Of a stretch of DNA of 64,000 nt, positions 41,510 through 52,568 are shown piece by piece. The stretch is from positions 64,001 to 128,000 of the forward strand of contig CBDHDF010000007.1 of assembly GCA_965261545.1 (NCBI GenBank), in the 5' to 3' direction. Origin of the DNA: Bdellovibrionales bacterium. Lineage in GTDB: Bacteria; Bdellovibrionota; Bdellovibrionia; Bdellovibrionales; UBA1609. The stretch's first letter is position 1. Each line of letters starts with the position of its first letter. The position numbers were made by a program, and so were the translations under genes. Below the pieces are notes generated by a model. The model saw nothing but the letters and a program-made list of their open reading frames with translations, was not told the DNA's origin and searched no databases.

Positions 41510-42493
41510 TTGGCTGTGAAAAATCTTTTTACTGTTTTTATCATTCTTGTATTCCTTGTCCCTCTTGTATTTGCTTCGCTCTTTGGGGTTTTTGGGCCAG
41601 GTAGAGCTTTGGGGTCAAACGAAGCTTCGAGGCCAAGCAAAGTCTCGAAATCAAGTAGATCTTCGGCCGAAACTTCTTGCCGCCAAGGAACTGATCATAA
41701 AGGAGCTGATCGTCTATGTGAAGAATTTCGTCCTACGACCCAGTCTCTTTACATTCAAGGAGTTCATGCCTATCAACAAGAAAATTGGGATGAAGCCCAA
41801 AAACTTTTTCAACAAAGCCTTGGTGGGGAGCCTCTCAATTCCCTCATCCTTTACAATCTTGGCCTTGTGGCCTACAAAAAAAAGCAGTTGGGAATGGCTC
41901 TCGCCCTATGGCGTCACGCCCTCTCTCTCAACCCTTACTTGGGAGAGGCTCAAAGAGCCCTTTCATTTGGCCTCAAACAAGTGCCAAGCCTTTCTCAAAA
42001 CTCTCATGGATTTTTCACCACCTACCTTGGCAAGATCGTAGACCGTACCTTGCTAAGGGATGTTCTTTTGGCATGTGCTATTTTAATTCCCCTCAGCGGG
42101 GGCCTTTTTTTCAAGTATTGGGGGAGCAGAAAAAGGGCGCTCGCCATGGAGATTCCCCTGCCTCCTCTACCTAGCTTCACTATTTTCTTGTCTGCTTTAT
42201 GTGTCTTATGCCTCCTACTAGGGCTTGCAAAAGCTATTTTCCAGTTCAGTGAAAAGGCCACAGTGATCGTGTCTCAGGCCAAACTCCTTCTCCACCCTTC
42301 TCCAGATGGCATTACCATAGGAGAGATTTTGGAGGGCGCAGAGGTTCGGGTCAAAAAAAGGTCTGAGGGCTGGGTCCAGATCATGGCTCCCAATAAATCT
42401 GTAGGATGGCTCAGTGAGTCAGAGATCTACCCACCCACCCTTTTTTCAATCACCCAAGAAGAGGTCAAAAATACCATGAAGGAAACTCCTTAA
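41510..42493 (+). CDS. TPR plus membrane plus SH3b protein (BatE-like)
   Basis: LYNLGLVAY TPR, two TM helices, EGAEV...GWVQI...GWL. Confidence 0.75.
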   Translation: MAVKNLFTVFIILVFLVPLVFASLFGVFGPGRALGSNEASRPSKVSKSSRSSAETSCRQGTDHKGADRLCEEFRPTTQSLYIQGVHAYQQENWDEAQKLFQQSLGGEPLNSLILYNLGLVAYKKKQLGMALALWRHALSLNPYLGEAQRALSFGLKQVPSLSQNSHGFFTTYLGKIVDRTLLRDVLLACAILIPLSGGLFFKYWGSRKRALAMEIPLPPLPSFTIFLSALCVLCLLLGLAKAIFQFSEKATVIVSQAKLLLHPSPDGITIGEILEGAEVRVKKRSEGWVQIMAPNKSVGWLSESEIYPPTLFSITQEEVKNTMKETP

Positions 42494-43024
42494 ATGATGA
42501 ATCTTCTGTGGGAAAACCTCTTTAGGGGGCGAGAAAGAAAAGAAGTCACAAAATTACTGAGAGAAAACTACTTGTTTCTGCAACTCGGTCCTGGGGAGTT
42601 GAACTTTCTTGAAGATTTTGTTCACTCAAGGGAATATCGGTCTGGAGAATTTTTGTTTAAACAGGGAGACATCGGCCTTGGAATGTATATTATTTCTTCA
42701 GGAGTCATTGAAATTGCTGTGGGGCCACCCCACGACGGACAAACTCAGGAAGAAATTTGGAGCACCCGCTTGAAAGAAGGCGATTTTATGGGAGAGATTG
42801 CGTTGACGGAAGAAAGAGGAAGAAGAACGGCCTCTGCTAAAGCTCTTGAAGATACCACTGTTGTTGGTTTCTTTAAATCTGATCTCATGGAAATCACGAA
42901 AAGAAGGCCCTCTCTTGGAGCCAAGATTTATGGAAGATTGGCTCAAATTCTAGGCAAGCGTCTCAAAGAAACAACCAAACATGTGATAGACTTAAAAAGA
43001 GAACTTCTAAGAAAAGATGTTTGA
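42494..43024 (+). CDS. Cyclic nucleotide-binding domain protein
   Basis: LFKQGD, GEIAL and RTASA motifs; no HTH seen. Confidence 0.88.
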   Translation: MMNLLWENLFRGRERKEVTKLLRENYLFLQLGPGELNFLEDFVHSREYRSGEFLFKQGDIGLGMYIISSGVIEIAVGPPHDGQTQEEIWSTRLKEGDFMGEIALTEERGRRTASAKALEDTTVVGFFKSDLMEITKRRPSLGAKIYGRLAQILGKRLKETTKHVIDLKRELLRKDV

Positions 43025-43038
43025 AAAAGGAGTAATTT

Positions 43039-44100
43039 TTGAATCTCCCTCATAATCAAGATAAATATTTAAAAAAAATGAATCGAATTAAACTTTTTGT
43101 CTGTTGTATTATCTTGGTCGCAGGATTATGGGTTCTTCTCAAGGTTGAGAACATGATGATCTCATGCCTTTTAGCTTTTACAATTCACTATTTGTTTTCT
43201 CCATGGGTGAATTATTTCGAACACCTTAAGCTCAATCGACTATGGGCAACCACTCTAACTTTGACCATCTGTATCGTGGGTCTCACTCTTTTTATTCTCA
43301 CCATGGCCCCTCTTATTTCTCAACAGGTGATTACTTTTCAAGAGGAGCTTCCCAAGTACATGACAGGAATTTCTGATCGCATTGGACAAATCGAGGATAA
43401 AATCAGCGAGACTCTCGGTGATTCCTTTGACCTGAATCTAAGTAGTAAAGTCGAAGAACTCTTGACCCATTGGTCCTCTTCTCTTTTTGAAGATTTGGCA
43501 AGCTTTCTCTCTCACTCTTTGACCACTCTTATGTTGACTCCATTCTTTGCCTTCTTCTTGCTTAAAGACGGACGCCGCCTTTTTAAGAGCATGTTTTATT
43601 TTGTGCCCAACCACTACTTTGAACTCGTGCTAAGCTTACACCACCAAATTCATGAGCAAATAGGTCTTTTCATTCGAGCCAGGCTGCTTGAAGCCGCCAT
43701 TGTGGGCCTTGTGGTTTGGTGCGGTTTGATTGCGATCCAGTTTCCCTTTCCTACAATCCTAGCTCTCTTTGCCATGTTGACCAACCTCATTCCCTATGTG
43801 GGGCCTTTTATTGGAGTTGTACCCGCAGTCATTATTGCATTTATCAATGGTCAAGGATATTTTGATTCCGTACTCATGCTTAGTGTTTACGGCTTGGCTC
43901 AACTCATTGACGTTCTCTTTATCATTCCCCTTGTTGTTGCTAAAATTGTAAACCTTCACCCTGTGACAGTAGTGGTTTCCATTATTATTGGCGCCCAACT
44001 CATGGGCATTGTGGGCATGATCATATCCATACCCATGGCCAATGCCATTAAGGTCACCACCACCAGTATCTACCATCACCTTATTCACTTTAGATCCTAG
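43039..44100 (+). CDS. AI-2E family transporter
   Basis: NLIPYVGP, LHPVTV and GIVGMIISIP motifs. Confidence 0.9.
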   Translation: MNLPHNQDKYLKKMNRIKLFVCCIILVAGLWVLLKVENMMISCLLAFTIHYLFSPWVNYFEHLKLNRLWATTLTLTICIVGLTLFILTMAPLISQQVITFQEELPKYMTGISDRIGQIEDKISETLGDSFDLNLSSKVEELLTHWSSSLFEDLASFLSHSLTTLMLTPFFAFFLLKDGRRLFKSMFYFVPNHYFELVLSLHHQIHEQIGLFIRARLLEAAIVGLVVWCGLIAIQFPFPTILALFAMLTNLIPYVGPFIGVVPAVIIAFINGQGYFDSVLMLSVYGLAQLIDVLFIIPLVVAKIVNLHPVTVVVSIIIGAQLMGIVGMIISIPMANAIKVTTTSIYHHLIHFRS

Positions 44101-44450
44101 AGATATCCCTTCACAGTTTACGATCAAATCTCAAATTATTATGGACTAAACGGGTCCTAATAAGTCTCTCAAGTGGCAACGTATTGGGTCGTAACAGGTT
44201 CTTATTTTGTTGTGGAATTTTTCTTATGTTATACTTATGTTATGTGCGCCAAGCGAAGCTGGCTTTGTTAGTAAGTTACCTGAAATCCCCTTCAGTCAAC
44301 AACTTGCACGTGCTTCCTTAAAGTACAACAGACTCACATTTTTTATCAAAGATACGTAGATGATATCATCATTCTCACAAATACAAAAAATTTTTTACTT
44401 TTTTTGAAGAGCCTTGATTTCGTCTTCAGAAAACTCTGTCACTGTAGTTA

Positions 44451-46595
44451 GTTCCTGTCCAGGGAAGAAAGTTAAGTAGTTTTAAGTATTTACATGCCTT
44501 CCCTTTAGATTTTATGCTTTAAAATGGAGTCCATCAAACATAATCCGTGTAAATTCAGTTACTTACATAAAACGGAAAAATAAAATAAGTTCCCCCCCCT
44601 CTCTTGACGAACCTTTCACAGCCCCTCCCTTTCAGTGACTTATGTGGCTATCAACTGGTTACTTGATATGAGAGGAAGAGTTGGATCAACCTGTGTTTCC
44701 ACCGTGGTGATTTCAAACCTCCTTCAGGGAAATAACATTACGTTGCGCATCAACTTCAAAAAATACTTGACGTGTTTTTTCAGAGAAATAATTTTTGATA
44801 TTTTATTCTTCATTTATTTTTTATGTAGGTTTTAGGAGGCGTGGGAACCTCTCTATGAGGTAGAATTCTTATCCATGTTCTCCGAGAACCTCTCTGATTT
44901 TTTTCTTCTTAAAAGACATCCTTGCTCACTTTTTTCCCTCAAAAAAACGTATGTTAATATAAAAATTAAAGAGAAACTTTCACCAAAGGGGGGACTATGC
45001 GCCATTTGAAGAAGACACAGTTGGGACTCTTTTCCCAATATCCTAACCACCAACTCAGTACAGAATTGCAGCAAATTAATAACATCATTGATCGCCATCC
45101 AGAGTTTGCCCATATGGTTCATGAAGACCTTGTTAAAGAAAAGAAAGATTCTGGTGATATTGGTATGACATCGGAGCAAGTTCTCAAGGTGGCTATTCTT
45201 AAATCCATAAGAGGTCTTTCCTATCGTGCGTTAGCCTTTAATCTTGTCGATTCAGTATCCACCAGAGCTTTTCTGGGCCTTGAATTGGAAGAAAATTACG
45301 CTCACTCCACCTTACAGGACTTGATTGTTCAAATAAGTGAAGAAACTTGGGGAATTATTAGCGCCTCTTTAGTTTCAGATGCAAGAGATCAAAAGATTGA
45401 GCCGTGTAAGAAAATGAGATTGGACAGTACAGTGACGAAATCAAATATTCATCATCCAACGGATGCATCCCTTTTATATGACTGCATAAGAGTTACAGAA
45501 AGAGAATTTAAAAAAGTTCGTAAAAATGTCATGAAAGATTTTTGGCGACTTATTTCAAGAGAAGATCTTAAGAGAGCAAAAACCTTGCTTTACAAAATTA
45601 ATAATTCCAAAAATGATGCGGAAAGACTACCTTGCTATAAGGAGCTTTTAAAAATCGCTACCAAATTGAACAAAGGATTACCTGATACCATCAGAAAGAT
45701 AAAAAAAGAACAAAAATGTGTGAAGATGAATGCTTTGAAAAAGAGTCTAAAACAGTTAGAAAATGTTGCCTTCTACCTGGAAAAAATCATCTTTCAAACT
45801 CAAAAAAGAGTTATTGAGGGGAAAAAAGTATCTTCTGAAAAAAAGGTCCTATCCATCTTTGAACCGCATACAGACATTATTGTAAAGGGGCAAAGAGAAG
45901 TCGAGTTTGGGCATAAAATCTTTTTGACCTCAGGGCAAAGCAACATGATTTTAGATTGTCAGATCCCTGATGGCAACCCCGCAGACTCTGATATGTTTTT
46001 AAAAGTTATGAATTCAGTGACACAAACCTATGGGGCTTGCCCTGTAAAAGTAAGTGCAGATGGTGGGTTTGCTTCAAAAGAAAATCTTGAAGAGGCCAAA
46101 GAGATGGGGGCTAAAGATGTTTGCTTCCCAGAAAAAAAAGGAATGAAAATATTAAAGATGGTTAAAAGTGCTTGGGTCTTTAAAAATCTTCTCAATTGGA
46201 GAGCCGGAATAGAGGCTGTTATTTCATTCCTTAAGAGATGTTTTGGTATGAGAGTTGCTTACTGGAAAGGGCATGATGGTTTTAAGAGGTATGTAAAGAA
46301 TGCCGTTTGTGCCTATAATTTTGTTGTCTTGGCAAGACATGAATTATCAACTGTCACCTAAATTTATCCATTAGGAATAACAGCAATGGACCAGGTCGAA
46401 GGTGCTAAAATCTTCCAAAGGTAGGGGTGCGTCTTCAAATCGAAAAAACTAGGGCGCAAGTCGCTTAAAGACCTTTTTCCCCTTAATCTGTAGAGTTTGT
46501 GTGGCAAATCTCCAACTCTCACTCCCCCATTGAGGCATTGGGAGGCTCAATGGGGAGTGTCAGAGAACAAAAAATGGGCCTTTCTGGACAGAAAC
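44451..46595 (+). mobile_element. ISNCY/IS5-like element, copy 2
   Basis: Near-identical to 20472-22616; TSD TAGTTA at 44445-44450 and 46596-46601. Confidence 0.9.
44997..46361 (+). CDS. ISNCY-type DDE transposase
   Basis: Same protein as 21018-22382. Confidence 0.9.
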   Translation: MRHLKKTQLGLFSQYPNHQLSTELQQINNIIDRHPEFAHMVHEDLVKEKKDSGDIGMTSEQVLKVAILKSIRGLSYRALAFNLVDSVSTRAFLGLELEENYAHSTLQDLIVQISEETWGIISASLVSDARDQKIEPCKKMRLDSTVTKSNIHHPTDASLLYDCIRVTEREFKKVRKNVMKDFWRLISREDLKRAKTLLYKINNSKNDAERLPCYKELLKIATKLNKGLPDTIRKIKKEQKCVKMNALKKSLKQLENVAFYLEKIIFQTQKRVIEGKKVSSEKKVLSIFEPHTDIIVKGQREVEFGHKIFLTSGQSNMILDCQIPDGNPADSDMFLKVMNSVTQTYGACPVKVSADGGFASKENLEEAKEMGAKDVCFPEKKGMKILKMVKSAWVFKNLLNWRAGIEAVISFLKRCFGMRVAYWKGHDGFKRYVKNAVCAYNFVVLARHELSTVT

Positions 46596-46825
46596 TAGTT
46601 ATAACAGGAGCCTCTATACCTTCTGAAAGTAACTTTAAAACAAAAGCCTCCCTCTCCTCCCTTCGCCCTCTTTCAAGCCCTTTTTCAAGCCCTTCTTCAC
46701 GTCCTCTTTCAAGCCCTTTTTCAAGCCCTTCTTCATGGCCCCGATGGGCGGGTTAAACCAGGCCATTTGTGGGCGGGCAAACCAGGCCATTTAGGGCGAT
46801 CTGACAAGATGGGCTCACCCTACCT

Positions 46826-47596
46826 TTAATTTTTTATCTTGACAAGTCGGTTTGAAGCTTCCTTCAATCGGTAGCTTTTTCCCTCAAATTTTAATAGTTG
46901 GCTGCAGTGGAGAAGGCGATCCAGGATGGCAGAGGCCACGGTATTATCGCCCAAACACTTTCCCCAGTCCTCAATAATGCGATTGGAGGTAATAAGAGTG
47001 CTTTTTCTCGCTGAGTATCGATCCAGAATGATTTCCTGGAAGTCATCGCAAGCCTCTGGCGGAATGCGCTTTCTAAGAAAAAGATCATCAATGATCAACA
47101 GGTCCACATGGATGAGTTGGGTGTAGAACCTCTTTCTGCGCCCCAGCTGCCTGGCCTCAAAGAGATTTTCAAAGAGCTTGTGAGCTTCCTGATACAAAAC
47201 CTTGTAATTTGATATGGAACAGACCTTGGTGGCTATAGCTTTTGCAATGTGGCTTTTTCCAGTTCCAGGGGAGCCAATAAGCAAGGCTCCCTCCCCCTGC
47301 TTGATGAACTTCAAGTTCATTAATTCCAAGATCATTGGCTTAGGTATTTTTGGGTTAAAATTCCAATCAAAGCCGGTGAGGGTGGACTCTTCCGTGAGCT
47401 TGGATGCTTTGAGGAGCCTCTCACATTTTTTGCTTTTCTTGAAGTCCTTTTCATCCTGTAAGAGCAATGAGAAGGTCTCTTGGAGGCTTTGTTGATTCTG
47501 TGTGTGTTGGTAGCTTCGAGCCTCAAATGTTTCAAACATGCCTATAAGCTTAAGGCTTTTGAGAGTCTCTTGTATTTCTGTGGGTGACATTGGCAT
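46826..47596 (-). CDS. istB: IS21 helper ATPase IstB
   Basis: GSPGTGKSH Walker A, LLIIDD Walker B, AILDRLLH and GKSYR motifs. Confidence 0.95.
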   Translation of the reverse strand: MPMSPTEIQETLKSLKLIGMFETFEARSYQHTQNQQSLQETFSLLLQDEKDFKKSKKCERLLKASKLTEESTLTGFDWNFNPKIPKPMILELMNLKFIKQGEGALLIGSPGTGKSHIAKAIATKVCSISNYKVLYQEAHKLFENLFEARQLGRRKRFYTQLIHVDLLIIDDLFLRKRIPPEACDDFQEIILDRYSARKSTLITSNRIIEDWGKCLGDNTVASAILDRLLHCSQLLKFEGKSYRLKEASNRLVKIKN

Positions 47597-47638
47597 TGTG
47601 ATTGCTCCTTTCCTCTAGAAGAGGGGTTGGGGGGTGGA

Positions 47639-49571
47639 TTAAGTAAGGTTGGTGCTAGGCTGAGGGTGTAAGGGTGAGTGGTGGATTTCGTTGTTGGCAT
47701 GTAAATTCCAGTAGATGGCATACTCTGATGGTGGTCGAATGATGTCGTGGTCTTGGGTGAGGTGGGATTCGATTTTTTTCTCATCCACAGGGGGCTGTAG
47801 TTCCTCAACAAGTCTTTTAAAGACCCTAAGAGATAAGACCCCTCTGCTCACAGCCTGAATGGCTGCTTTTTCAATAAGATCAGAGTGATATTTTTTAGCC
47901 AAGGACACCACCCCACGCATCTGCCTGTTTCCAACTCTCTCATCCACCCTGAGTAATGACTGACAAAAAGCTTTTGTTTGAGGGCCAATCTGACCCGCAT
48001 CAGCTAAAATATTTTCTACATGGCGAGATGGATTATAAACACGATCTTTGTCTAGCAAAGAGAGACTCCCCGGGAGAGTGGCTTTTTGGTGGCGGCGGAT
48101 AACACTCATCGTGGCAGGGTCCATAATCTCTATGTCTTTATCATAAATACGCACAATGACTTGGCTCTTTAGATCAGAAGGGTAGGCGCAATAGTAACTG
48201 TTTCCCACTTGAATGAGCCCATCGTCTGCAACTGTTCGTATCTCTTGTTTAAAAAAATCAAATTTCTTTTGGGGGAGCTTTTTGAGAAAGGGGCTCTCTT
48301 CTTCAAACATCTCAGAAACGACCCGCTTGGTGCGACCATGGACTCGAGGGCGAGCCCAAGTGTGCTCCCAGTGCATGAGCCACTCATTTTGCTCCTCAAT
48401 GGTTTTAAATGAACGACCCTTCAGTGCTGTGTCTTGGGTGTGGTGAATGGCGTGCTCAACGGTTCCTTTCCTATCAGGATCACGAACTCTTGCCGGGTCA
48501 GCAACGACCCCGTAGTGAGTCAGTACAGCGCCATAAACGGCGTTCAGCGTTGGCTCATAGATATCTGGCTTAATAACACCTTCCTTGAGATTGTCTAAGA
48601 CGACATATTGAGGGCAGCCCAAAAAATAATGAAAAGCCTCCTCATGGAGTCTGCTCCACGTCTCTTGGCTGGACTTCCAAACAACCTTGCGAAAAGAGGC
48701 ACGAGAGTACTTGAGGGTCATCACAAAAAGGCGAGGCCGCCTATATTTGCCTGTCCGGGGGTGAACAGTCAGAGCCCCTTGGCCATAATCCACTTGGGCT
48801 TCCTCTCCGGGGGGAAAATCCAAGCGATCATAGCGTTTGGGAGTACTCTTCTTCAGCTTCCTTACAAATTTTTTCACGCTGTCGTAGGAGTGAGAAAAAC
48901 CAAATTTCTCCACTAAATCTTGGTAGATGGCCATTCGATTGCGCTCTAAGTTCAAAGCCTGATTTTCAATCCAAGCCCTGTGGGGCTCACAAGCCGACTG
49001 ATGACATAAGGGGCGTTGAGAGGTTTTATCTTTAAGAGATTTTTTCAATCCAGGTGGTTCTATACAGTCCGTGGATCCAGTTTCTGTGGGAGCAGCCATC
49101 GGTTCCACCATGGTTGTGGATGGGCGCGTGAGGCAGGCGGAGGAGTGCATGGAAGCCCCATCAGACACGACAAGACATGCTGAGCCTGATCCTATAGGGG
49201 AAGATGGAGGCGTTTCTAAGGGGGGGGGTGGCTTCCCCTAGAAGAACCTGCTGATTGAATTCTGTGGAGGAGACCGAAACTTCCTTGGGCTTTTCGAACT
49301 GGGCCACAGGAAGGCTTGGAGGCTCCGCAGAGCAAATTTCAGGAGAACATGAAGATGAACATGACTCTGCTTCTGAGCACACCGAAAAGGCTGGAGATTT
49401 TGGCTCTATACCTCCTGTACGCCCCTTTTTGGCAATGACCCTATGGGCTTTCGCATACTCTGAAACCGTAGATCGACCTACATGTAGCCTTTTCGCTATT
49501 TTACGAAATGAGTGACCTGCTATAATTAATGTTAATATCTCTTCTTGTTTTTGTTTATTCAAGACGTTCAT
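47639..49571 (-). pseudogene. istA: IS21 transposase IstA, frameshifted near a G9/C9 run (49220-49228)
   Basis: HTH N-terminus (49571-49161) and DDE part (PGEEAQVD, DNLK, KGTVE) lie in different frames. Confidence 0.85.
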
Positions 49572-50424
49572 CCTTCCCTCCCAGGTTGTTTTCTAGAAGG
49601 TATTTTACAATACGCCTTGTCAGATATTAAATTTTAAATGGCCTGGTTTGCCCGCCCACAAATGGCCTGGTTTGCCCTCCCCTCCGGGCATGGGCTGTGT
49701 CGATCTGTGATAAACGATCTCGACGCTGCTTATCTTCAGCTTCAAGTCGCTCTCGCATAAGTTCGTCTTGAGACAAATTCCACAAATTTTTGACGGCTCT
49801 TCCCATGTCCCTTCCTTTTTTGGCTAGCTCTTGGCTGGTTTGTTGATCCAACTCATCCGATCTCTTTAAGAAATAGCACCATGCTTCACGCTGGTCAACA
49901 AGGCTGTCTAATCTGCCAATGAACTTGTTCAATTCTACAATGACAAATTGCATACCATCGGTGAGCCTCAAATGAGGGTATCTATCCTGCCTCATGCTGC
50001 ATGTGTGGTAATAATCGTTGTCCTTGCGTAGCTCAGGAAGGTCCACAGTACTGAAAACAAGGGAATAAACAGTTCTTAATTTCTCGTATCTTTCTCCTTC
50101 TTTCACTTGATTGGAGTAGACCCGTCCAGCATAGGCAAGAAGGCGATTTGTGAAGTCTCTTTGAGAGACGGTTTGCATCTCCACATTAACAGTTTCATTT
50201 TCGACCCACTCCCCACTGGATAATTGTCGAGAAATGCGAAGCTTCATGTCCAAGATGAAGGTTTTTCCCGAAGGCTTGCTCGCCTCTGAAGAGTTTTCTT
50301 CGGTATCCAAAAGTTGAACATGTTCCACCCGACAACCGGGTGGCAAAGGAAGAAAATCCTGCAACAAAGGCTTGAGCAATTCCTGGTCATGCTTAAAAAA
50401 TGCTTTAAAAGTGTTATCAAGGGT

Positions 50425-51841
50425 CAATGCCGTTTCCTTAAGCCACCACACCCCTCTGCCTCTGCGTTAAGCTATTTCTTTTAAAAGAACTCCCAGCCCT
50501 TTTGATAGACCTTTCATAGCTTCTTTTGAAGTGCCTCCTCTTCTCCATTGAAATCTTCATCAGCAACTTTATCTGCTTCCTAAATTTCTGATAGAGCCCC
50601 GCAACAAAAAGGGGGATGCTATCCATTATGAAATCAAGAATCAGTTTAAAGTTAGGTTTTTTGTAGTCATTTTTTACCAACTGATTCACACTGTCTTCAT
50701 CCTCATTTATGCTCATTTGAATCTTTGTATAATTGAAGAGCCAAAAATAAGAATACAGCTCTTGCAATATTCCATTAAGGCTTGTTGAGTGCCACTGCTC
50801 CATTTTCATTGTCGATGTAAAATCACGAAATGTCGTTTCTATTTCCCAACGACGAGAGTAAAGAGCAACCATATCCTTCTTGTCCAAGGAGCCATGCGGA
50901 AGATTAGTGGCCAAAACAGAGAACTCCCCAGTCTTTGGGTTTTTATACTTATAGAGATGAATGACCACCCCCTCAATAACCATTTGTGAATACCAACCTG
51001 GGCCATTAAATAAATTTACGATGGGGATAAAAGTAGAGCCTCGCTTACAACGCGCAATAAAGAAGTTACTGGCTTGAGCATGGGCCTTAATAATCTCTGT
51101 AGATAAATAAAGCCTATCGTAGAGAGTTATGCTATTACTCTCAAAACTACCTATCATTTGAATAGCATTGGCGATTTCGTTGAGAGCGGGAGAATAGCAA
51201 AGATTCTTTGTCACACCCGATAAAACGTCATAAGCATGAGATAGATACATACGTAAGAAATGAGTTTCCATCTCATTTGGGCAAGGGTACCCACAATAAC
51301 CCTCCTTTAAAAGATCTTTAGAGCGAGGAAGTGCTAATTGGTCGCCATCTATGGCATAGATATAAAAGCCATGAAACGTTTTTCTCAATGGTTCGTAGTC
51401 TGTAATCAGAGATTCAAAGATATTTTTAAAAAATAGGTAAGAAATACTTTGACGTATCTTGCTGAGACTGCTTTTGACTGGCATGAGAAGCAGGTCACCA
51501 AAATGAGTCCATACCGTCTTAAGAGCGATTTGGTAGCCTTCGTAATTTGTTCCGGAAATAAGATAGATAATAGTAAAAAAGAAAATTTGAGGATTAAATT
51601 TTCGATTCCTTTTTTGTTTTTCTGGATCGACAAGGTGCTCTGGCTTGAAGGAAGAATCAAGTTTTGGTAGAATAAAATGGTCATCTGTGACGCGAACTCG
51701 TCATTTGGGGGCTTTCGAGATCAATATTGGATTGCATGTGACTTACTCCTTGGTTGAGGGTTGGGTGTAAAATAAAACAAGTCTTATTCTTGTCGATTTA
51801 TCTAATAATTTCAAGAGATTTTTCTTAAGGAAACGGCATTG
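50425..51841 (-). mobile_element. IS4-family element, copy B
   Basis: Same TIRs as copy A; non-matching flanks. Confidence 0.93.
50438..51484 (-). CDS. IS4-family transposase
   Basis: Near-identical to 16117-17163. Confidence 0.88.
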   Translation of the reverse strand: MPVKSSLSKIRQSISYLFFKNIFESLITDYEPLRKTFHGFYIYAIDGDQLALPRSKDLLKEGYCGYPCPNEMETHFLRMYLSHAYDVLSGVTKNLCYSPALNEIANAIQMIGSFESNSITLYDRLYLSTEIIKAHAQASNFFIARCKRGSTFIPIVNLFNGPGWYSQMVIEGVVIHLYKYKNPKTGEFSVLATNLPHGSLDKKDMVALYSRRWEIETTFRDFTSTMKMEQWHSTSLNGILQELYSYFWLFNYTKIQMSINEDEDSVNQLVKNDYKKPNFKLILDFIMDSIPLFVAGLYQKFRKQIKLLMKISMEKRRHFKRSYERSIKRAGSSFKRNSLTQRQRGVVA

Positions 51842-52369
51842 ACTCCAGACTATACCTGGAATTGACGAATTAAGTGCAGCGCTTTTGATTGCAGAAATAG
51901 GAGGCAATGTGAAGTCTTTTAAAAATAAAGGAAATTTTTGCTCCTGGATGGGGATTTGCCCATCCAATAATGAGAGCGCAGGAAAAAAAGTCTTCACGAA
52001 CGAGGAAAGCGAACACATATGTGAAATCGTTGGTATGTGAGATGGCCAATAGTGCTATTAAGACGAATTCACAATTCAAAGGCAAATACCAATCACTTGT
52101 TATAAGGCGTGGGCACAAGAGATCAGTGATTGCCGTTGGTCACAAAATGATGGGAGTTGTTTATTCAGTCATAAGTAATGACACCCCCTACAAAGACCCT
52201 GGAATTGACTATGAAAAGCTCATGGTGAAAAAAAATGCACCAAGGTGGATTAGAGCGTTAAAAAAGTATGATTTCATGTAATGTAGGATGATTTAAAAAC
52301 TCGGACATTTGAAAAAATTCGAAGAACGGATAGTGGATTCGTGCGTCCAAACTACCCCGGAGATTCATA
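51842..52369 (+). mobile_element. IS110 element 3' half (A7 frameshift allele)
   Basis: Matches the 3' part of 52370-54074 apart from the A-run. Confidence 0.92.
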
Positions 52370-52568
52370 GTAACATTCATGGGGGCGCCTTGCTTCCCCA
52401 CCCACGCCCATGAATCTTATCTAGGCCCCCACTTCTTTGCACGAAGCAACTCGGTGGACAGCTTCGCTGGTCTATATAATTGGCCTCTTTTAGTTACTCT
52501 GGACTTTTGATTGTATTTTTGTCATGTATGATTCCGATACAATAAAGGATAAAGCAATAACATTATTG

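Larger units (their letters stand above)
46739..49688 (-). mobile_element. IS21-family element
   Basis: Paired ~22-bp GGGCGGGCAAACCAGGCCATTT repeats inverted at both ends; CATGG at 46734-46738 and 49689-49693. Confidence 0.88.
44395..50424 (-). pseudogene. Rpn/PD-(D/E)XK-family gene broken by three IS (pieces 50424-49689, 46738-46596, 44450-44395)
   Basis: TLDNTFKAFF, ILDM and VNVEMQ motifs; removing the IS rejoins DTAHEEGLEKGLERG...VITTVTEFSEDEIKALQKK*. Confidence 0.88.

Noticed and set aside
52340..52385. Sigma70 promoter formed at the IS110 end junction
   Set aside because: No -35/-10 pair with plausible spacing could be identified by eye.
52403..52417. IS1111-type sub-terminal IR (ATGAATCT/AGATTCAT) as the true left end
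   Set aside because: The upstream ~35 bp travels with every copy, including the 23044 junction, so it belongs to the element.
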